Position numbers and translations under genes: made by a program
The notes under the pieces: model-generated
Told to the model about the DNA's origin: nothing
Seen by the model: only the letters and a program-made list of their open reading frames with translations
The model's database searches: none
Source: a virus
DNA: 40,606 bases
Virus record (IMG/VR): IMGVR_UViG_3300020185_000107
Coordinates: 1-40,606 of that record
Reading direction: 5' to 3' (one strand)
Shown here: piece by piece, positions 36,612-40,606 of the stretch
How the letters are laid out: each line of letters begins with the position of its first letter
Position numbering within the stretch: the first letter of the stretch is position 1

Positions 36612-37287
36612 GATTCCTTTCCTCAACTGCTCCTGTCACATCCGGAAAGTGTTGTGCTAAAATATCCCAAGCAATCTTAGCAACTTCCATATGTTCTTTT
36701 TGTGTACCATGACCCATTCGCAACTCACAGTAATGTACCCATGACCGGAGAGTACCAGACATATACAATGTGGTCTCTGTCAATCCTTCGGGTAACAACG
36801 CACGTGCTTGTTCCTTGGCGATACCTGTGTTGAGTGCCATCTCATAGTAGTCTTTTGCTACCCTAGACACTTCGCTCTGCATCTCGCTGAAGACCTCTTG
36901 TGCCTTCCTCTGTCGCTCCGCATCATCATCTACTGTACTCAACTGCCTATTAGTAGGGTGTTGCTTACGTGCCTCACGATTGGTCGTAAAGGACTCTGAG
37001 ACCGCATACCGTTGACTAAACTCCTGAAACGAGAAGGACCGATGCCGTAGGATCTGCCGACTGATATCACGAGTCGTGGTGATCTCCATGGTAATCGAAA
37101 CCATCTCGAACGGTGACCAGTGACCCTCTTTGATCAGATACCCCAGCAACTTCTTTGCCGTCTTGGTATTGTTCTGATTATTCGGATTACTGACACGCGC
37201 AGCATAAGCAATCAACTCAGCAGCAGATTTACAACCGGTGCTTGCGCTTGGTGTGGTCATTCCAACTAGACTAACCTTGGGTATCAT
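36601..37287 (-). CDS. thyX: FAD-dependent thymidylate synthase ThyX
   Basis: IAYAARVSNP, LIKEGHWSPFEMV, signature RQILRHRSFSFQEFSQRY, KEQARALLP and GTLRSWVHYCELR..GTQKEH. Confidence 0.96.
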   Translation of the reverse strand: MIPKVSLVGMTTPSASTGCKSAAELIAYAARVSNPNNQNNTKTAKKLLGYLIKEGHWSPFEMVSITMEITTTRDISRQILRHRSFSFQEFSQRYAVSESFTTNREARKQHPTNRQLSTVDDDAERQRKAQEVFSEMQSEVSRVAKDYYEMALNTGIAKEQARALLPEGLTETTLYMSGTLRSWVHYCELRMGHGTQKEHMEVAKIAWDILAQHFPDVTGAVEERNHES

Positions 37288-37462
37288 GTTTGCCTTCCTT
37301 ATATTCGCCGGGTACACTAAACCATGCAATCACTCTATGAAATGCGCGTTGCAATTCTGCATTGGGTTCATCATTGTCTATGCATTCAAGTTCTTCTTCT
37401 AAATATTCACGCACCAAGATATCAACATCTTCGTTCATGAATTCTGTCAATCTACTAATCAT
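37271..37462 (-). CDS. Small acidic hypothetical protein
   Basis: 63 aa, ATGA overlap with the nuclease stop, overlapping the thyX start. Confidence 0.6.
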   Translation of the reverse strand: MISRLTEFMNEDVDILVREYLEEELECIDNDEPNAELQRAFHRVIAWFSVPGEYKEGKHDTQG

Positions 37463-37926
37463 ACTAATCCTGCTTGCTCCATTGTCATTTTCACAACACC
37501 TTCTTGGATCAACTTGCGTCGATTGTTCATATGTGCTGCCTGAGTTTCTTCTTTACTGCCACCGAAGTATGGTACACAATGACCTTCTTCTGCCATCACA
37601 ACAGTAGCAGGTCGCCACGCATCGGTTGCAGCATCGTACACATCAAAGTCACCAAGGATACGTCCAAACTTACCCTTCTTGTCTTCGCCGCTTCGATCTA
37701 CCTGTGTTTTGAGAACAGGACTTTTACCTAGCAACTCTTTCAATCTTTTCTTTGCTGCTAGACCAAACACCTTCTCAACCTTATCACGAGTTCTGCTTTC
37801 GGGTGTATCAATACCCATGATGCGTACTCGCTCCTTCTTCAACCAGATACCGAAACCTAAATCGATATCCACGTCAACTGTATCACCATCAACTACTTTT
37901 ACTAACTTTGTTTTATATTCGTACAT
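37459..37926 (-). CDS. Thermonuclease (SNase-like) family nuclease
   Basis: MYEYK.K..KVVDGDTVDVDIDLGF, RIMGIDTPESRT and KGKFGRILG carry the catalytic D, R, D, E and R positions of staphylococcal nuclease. Confidence 0.9.
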   Translation of the reverse strand: MYEYKTKLVKVVDGDTVDVDIDLGFGIWLKKERVRIMGIDTPESRTRDKVEKVFGLAAKKRLKELLGKSPVLKTQVDRSGEDKKGKFGRILGDFDVYDAATDAWRPATVVMAEEGHCVPYFGGSKEETQAAHMNNRRKLIQEGVVKMTMEQAGLV

Positions 37927-37956
37927 TATAATACTTCCGTCTATCAAAGGGTAGAC

Positions 37957-37964
37957 TATTTATC
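37957..37964 (-). promoter_or_regulatory. Possible late promoter GATAAATA upstream of the nuclease gene
   Basis: One mismatch to TATAAATA, 30 nt before the ATG at 37926, followed by a short hairpin at 37939-37956. Confidence 0.45.
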
Positions 37965-38730
37965 ATATTCCTAATGGATGAGCATCTGCTATCCATTCCT
38001 TTGCGCGATCAAAGTATTCTTTGTTCTGCTCGATGCCGATATACTTTCGATCAGTATTCGTACACGCAATACAGGTTGATCCGCTACCCATACAGTTATC
38101 TAATACGGTGTCACCCACATGAGTATATGTTTTTATAAAATACTCAATGAGTTTTACGGGTTTCTGAGTCGGATGAAACTTATTGGGATCGTCATTGTTT
38201 ATGACCGGAAACGTCAGCACGTCTCTCGGATATCGCTGCGTCTGACCGCCCTTGTTACCAAGTCTCACTGGCACATGATTATAGTTACGCTTCTCGTCGG
38301 GTTCAGGCATGTTCTCACGTGGCAACACGGCATTCATGGGTTTATGACCCGTTGTCATTTGAGGATTGTAGACCGGCAACTTACGATAGAATACGAGTAT
38401 GTTTTCATGACACTTCATCGGCATACGTTTTGCGTTTAGATGACCGCTAGCTTTATTCTTCTCCCAGATCCACTCGTATCGAAAATTCTTCAAGTTACTC
38501 ATCGCAAGTACTTTGTCAAAAGGTGATTGTGAGGTAAGCACAATTGCACCATTCTCTTTTACAACACGATTGTACTGTTCCCACAACTCATCAAAGGGTA
38601 TGATCACATCCCATGAATTCTGAGTCGTACCATATGGTAGATCGCAGAACACCATATCTACCGAATTATCCTCAATCTCATTACGCATGATCTCTATACA
38701 GTCACCATGCATTATTCTACCTTCACTCAA
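37963..38730 (-). CDS. DNA amino-methyltransferase (N6A/N4C), beta class
   Basis: GDC.E.M..I.D.SVDMVFCDLPYGTT (motif IV) precedes HPTQKPV.L.EY.IKTYT..GDTVLDNCMGSGST (motif I). The TTG start at 38730 has GGAGG 9 nt upstream and overlaps the previous stop. Confidence 0.93.
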   Translation of the reverse strand: MSEGRIMHGDCIEIMRNEIEDNSVDMVFCDLPYGTTQNSWDVIIPFDELWEQYNRVVKENGAIVLTSQSPFDKVLAMSNLKNFRYEWIWEKNKASGHLNAKRMPMKCHENILVFYRKLPVYNPQMTTGHKPMNAVLPRENMPEPDEKRNYNHVPVRLGNKGGQTQRYPRDVLTFPVINNDDPNKFHPTQKPVKLIEYFIKTYTHVGDTVLDNCMGSGSTCIACTNTDRKYIGIEQNKEYFDRAKEWIADAHPLGI

Positions 38731-39334
38731 TTCGCATTGCCTCCATCTCAATATTATCAATATCAATTGAATAAAAATCGTCAACACAACTCATACTCTC
38801 GATATTCCGAATATCATAAGGAACATCAACAACTCTTACCACATCGTTGTATTGACTATTCAGTATATGATCAATCTTTGGTTTGTTCATTGCACTGCGT
38901 TCAAGACCTTTCACAACACCGTTCTTATCAAAGATGGGTGCAACTCTTGGGTAGAACGATACAAACAATACCTTCTCTACACTACGCGCAATCTCAGGAC
39001 TGAACATGACTCTTGCTGCCTCACCAATCGTTGTGTTGGTGTAGTTCTGAAAGTTCTTACCTATGGAACTGTTCATTGCCTTTGCAAGTACACAAATCTT
39101 TACATCATTTGTCTTCTTACATCTTCCCACAATATCAATCTTAAACTTCTTCTTGCGTTTGTTCTCCTTTGGTAATTGATACCCATCCTCAACTCCGATT
39201 TCAACTTCCCACTTATAATCCTTCATATAGGGATTCATCGTAGTCAAACTGTCAATAATTGCATCGTGCAATACATCTGTACGTTTACTACTTCGTACAT
39301 CTTTAAATGATTCTGCGAGAAATTTTTTAATCAT
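38723..39334 (-). CDS. Putative PD-(D/E)xK-like restriction endonuclease
   Basis: 203 aa with E(45)...FKIDIV...VLAK.MNS...N..NY....GE, resembling the type II REase core as I recall it. Translationally coupled to the MTase. Confidence 0.5.
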   Translation of the reverse strand: MIKKFLAESFKDVRSSKRTDVLHDAIIDSLTTMNPYMKDYKWEVEIGVEDGYQLPKENKRKKKFKIDIVGRCKKTNDVKICVLAKAMNSSIGKNFQNYTNTTIGEAARVMFSPEIARSVEKVLFVSFYPRVAPIFDKNGVVKGLERSAMNKPKIDHILNSQYNDVVRVVDVPYDIRNIESMSCVDDFYSIDIDNIEMEAMRIE

Positions 39335-39360
39335 GGGACTCTATCCGTGTTTATTCATTC

Positions 39361-39388
39361 ATTATAGTGTACTGGGGGTGAATGTCAA
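39361..39388 (-). promoter_or_regulatory. Sigma70-type early promoter for the REase-like/MTase operon
   Basis: TTGACA (39388-39383), 16 nt, TATAAT (39366-39361); 26 nt before the ATG at 39334. Confidence 0.8.
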
Positions 39389-39526
39389 TTGAAATAAATT
39401 CATGTTGGGGGGAAAAAATTGTGTGGGGAAAATTTTTAAATAAAGTGTGCGTCATAACTATACCCCACTGGTTCCATCGATCTTGGGTCAAGGAAACGGG
39501 ACTCCCAACCTCATTTCTCTACAAAA

Positions 39527-39537
39527 GGGGGGGGGGG
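39527..39537 (+). repeat. G11 homopolymer in an intergenic region
   Basis: acaaaa-ggggggggggg-tct, the only such run I noticed in an AT-rich window. Confidence 0.85.
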
Positions 39538-39549
39538 TCTTCCTGAACC

Positions 39550-39711
39550 CTACACAAAATGTGCTAAGAATATCGTACCGATACCTACTATCACACATAT
39601 AATGAAACCACATATAGTTTCGAGTTCTGACTCATATAACACGCACTCACACGCTCTCTCGTGCTCTGTGGGACGTTTATATACTTTACCTACCCCATTG
39701 CCTATACCCAT
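39550..39711 (-). CDS. Small membrane protein, 53 aa
   Basis: ATG at 39711 with RBS TAAGGAG. C-terminal hydrophobic helix ICGFIICVIVGIGTIFLAHFV. The upstream extension in the track is probably spurious. Confidence 0.6.
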   Translation of the reverse strand: MGIGNGVGKVYKRPTEHERACECVLYESELETICGFIICVIVGIGTIFLAHFV

Positions 39712-39712
39712 A

Positions 39713-40090
39713 CTAAAACTCCTTAGAAAAATCAATATGTGACCAACCCTCACCATCAACCATCCATGCAGTACCGCACTTCTCATTCACGACGATATCA
39801 CCCACAGAAACAGAATGCATACGAGTAAATTTCTGTATACAGGAACCTTCTGGTCCATATCCGTTACCAACATGAAACACGTCTTCGAGGGTATCAACAC
39901 CGGTGACACGAGCGACTGAGGTGAAGTGCTCCTCCATCCAAGATTCATAGTGCTTAGATCCACCCATGAATTTTACGTCACGCTGAATTTTGATCTCAGG
40001 AAAATCTCCGAAGTCACCATCCCAACCAACAGAATTCAGATGATCTGAGGCTTCGTTACTGAGATGAAACTGGTGAATTAAGTAAGACAT
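39713..40090 (-). CDS. Hypothetical protein with a YodL-like HSxSVGD motif
   Basis: ATG at 40090 with RBS AAGGAG. LEDVFHVGN...MHSVSVGDIVV......WMVDGEGW. Confidence 0.68.
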   Translation of the reverse strand: MSYLIHQFHLSNEASDHLNSVGWDGDFGDFPEIKIQRDVKFMGGSKHYESWMEEHFTSVARVTGVDTLEDVFHVGNGYGPEGSCIQKFTRMHSVSVGDIVVNEKCGTAWMVDGEGWSHIDFSKEF

Positions 40091-40217
40091 GGTATCTGCT
40101 CCTTCATTTGATGTAACCATTATGGCATACTATATGGGGTTTGTATAGTGAATTCTTGGAATACGTTCTATTCCTGTTATTCATGATTGAATATGTGCTA
40201 ATCGCATTATAAAGAGC

Positions 40218-40246
40218 ATTATACCGCGAATACTCTATCCTGTCAA
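40218..40246 (-). promoter_or_regulatory. Perfect consensus sigma70 promoter
   Basis: TTGACA (40246-40241), 17 nt, TATAAT (40223-40218). Confidence 0.9.
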
Positions 40247-40453
40247 GCCTTTTATTTCTTTGATTTCTTTCTTCGTGAGATCTCGGAATTTCCTTCGAGA
40301 AACACTCCACTGCTTCTTAGGTGTGGAAAACATAAAGGCTTCCTTTGTACCGGTCGGAATAACTCCGAGTAGGTAGGAACCTTCTGTAATGTAAGTGTGG
40401 TTGGGTGTCGTGGGTGCTTTGTCCCACACAGTGATTTCTTCGCGTATTCTCAT
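40235..40453 (-). CDS. Small hypothetical phage protein, 72 aa
   Basis: MRIREEITVWDKAPTTPNHTYI...RRKF, starting just downstream of a sigma70 promoter. Confidence 0.65.
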   Translation of the reverse strand: MRIREEITVWDKAPTTPNHTYITEGSYLLGVIPTGTKEAFMFSTPKKQWSVSRRKFRDLTKKEIKEIKGLTG

Positions 40454-40479
40454 AACATAATTCCGATTGGGGAGTGCAC

Positions 40480-40508
40480 ACAATAGCACATTCTCGGAAC
40501 TGTGTCAA
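40480..40508 (-). promoter_or_regulatory. Sigma70-type promoter
   Basis: TTGACA (40508-40503), 17 nt, TGc-TATTGT (40485-40480). Confidence 0.75.
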
Positions 40509-40606
40509 GCATTATTTTGGGTGTGTGGGGTTTTTATTTGGAAATAGATCGAGCACTAGACTGACCGATATGTTCTCAACACATATATACCCATATTGAG
40601 ATATCC

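Noticed and set aside
36601-37287. Intron, intein or homing endonuclease in thyX (or in gp32 or gp6)
   Set aside because: The ORFs are continuous and of normal length, and I saw no LAGLIDADG, GIY-YIG or HNH motifs.
38707-39175. Plus-strand ORFs 38707-39003 and 38852-39175
   Set aside because: They are antisense to the REase-like gene, which has the promoter, start context and translational coupling.
39455-39530. Possible tRNA or structured RNA (ggttccatcga...)
   Set aside because: I could build neither a cloverleaf nor a proper GTTCRA T-loop or acceptor stem by eye. A covariance-model scan would be needed to exclude other ncRNAs.
1-40606. A DGR reverse transcriptase or template repeat, an integrase, a transposase or photosynthesis genes
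   Set aside because: No ORF shows RT, tyrosine/serine recombinase, DDE or psbA/hli motifs. The DGR idea for 4981-5100 therefore remains unsupported within this window.
40560-40606. Short inverted repeat tctcaa...ttgaga at the right edge
   Set aside because: It is only 6 bp with a long loop, expected by chance in AT-rich DNA, and the context is cut by the window edge.

Overview
This is a 40.6-kb segment of a T4-like (marine-type) myophage genome. From left to right it carries: (i) a giant, repeat-built virion protein of at least 2,669 codons (minus strand, 8009 to the left window edge), absent from the ORF track because its stop lies outside the window; (ii) a minus-strand baseplate/tail operon, in transcription order gp48, gp53, hub, a three-way split gp5 region with a T7-type amidase, a degenerate M15-like protein, gp25, gp6, gp8, a DUF4815/VrlC-like structural protein, a small conserved ORF and a GNAT-like ORF; (iii) a divergent plus-strand operon (gp4, gp2, gp54-like, gp26, gp51-like, gp29/tape-measure-like); (iv) gp32 and gp33 with an oxygenase-like gene between them; (v) a minus-strand accessory region (truncated UDP-glucose dehydrogenase, DenV-like glycosylase, SAM methyltransferase, ThyX, thermonuclease, beta-class DNA methyltransferase, restriction-endonuclease-like ORF, small ORFs) with sigma70-type promoters. 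T4-type late promoters (TATAAATA) precede several structural genes. I found no tRNA, rRNA, CRISPR array, integrase or transposase. The strongest leads are a probable -1 frameshift joining gp26 to gp51 (lambda G/GT-like), the giant repeat protein with a GC-rich patch in a duplicated domain, the split gp5 with one intact and two apparently dead hydrolase domains, and a phage-borne REase/MTase pair. All family calls come from motif recognition by eye; no database search was run.
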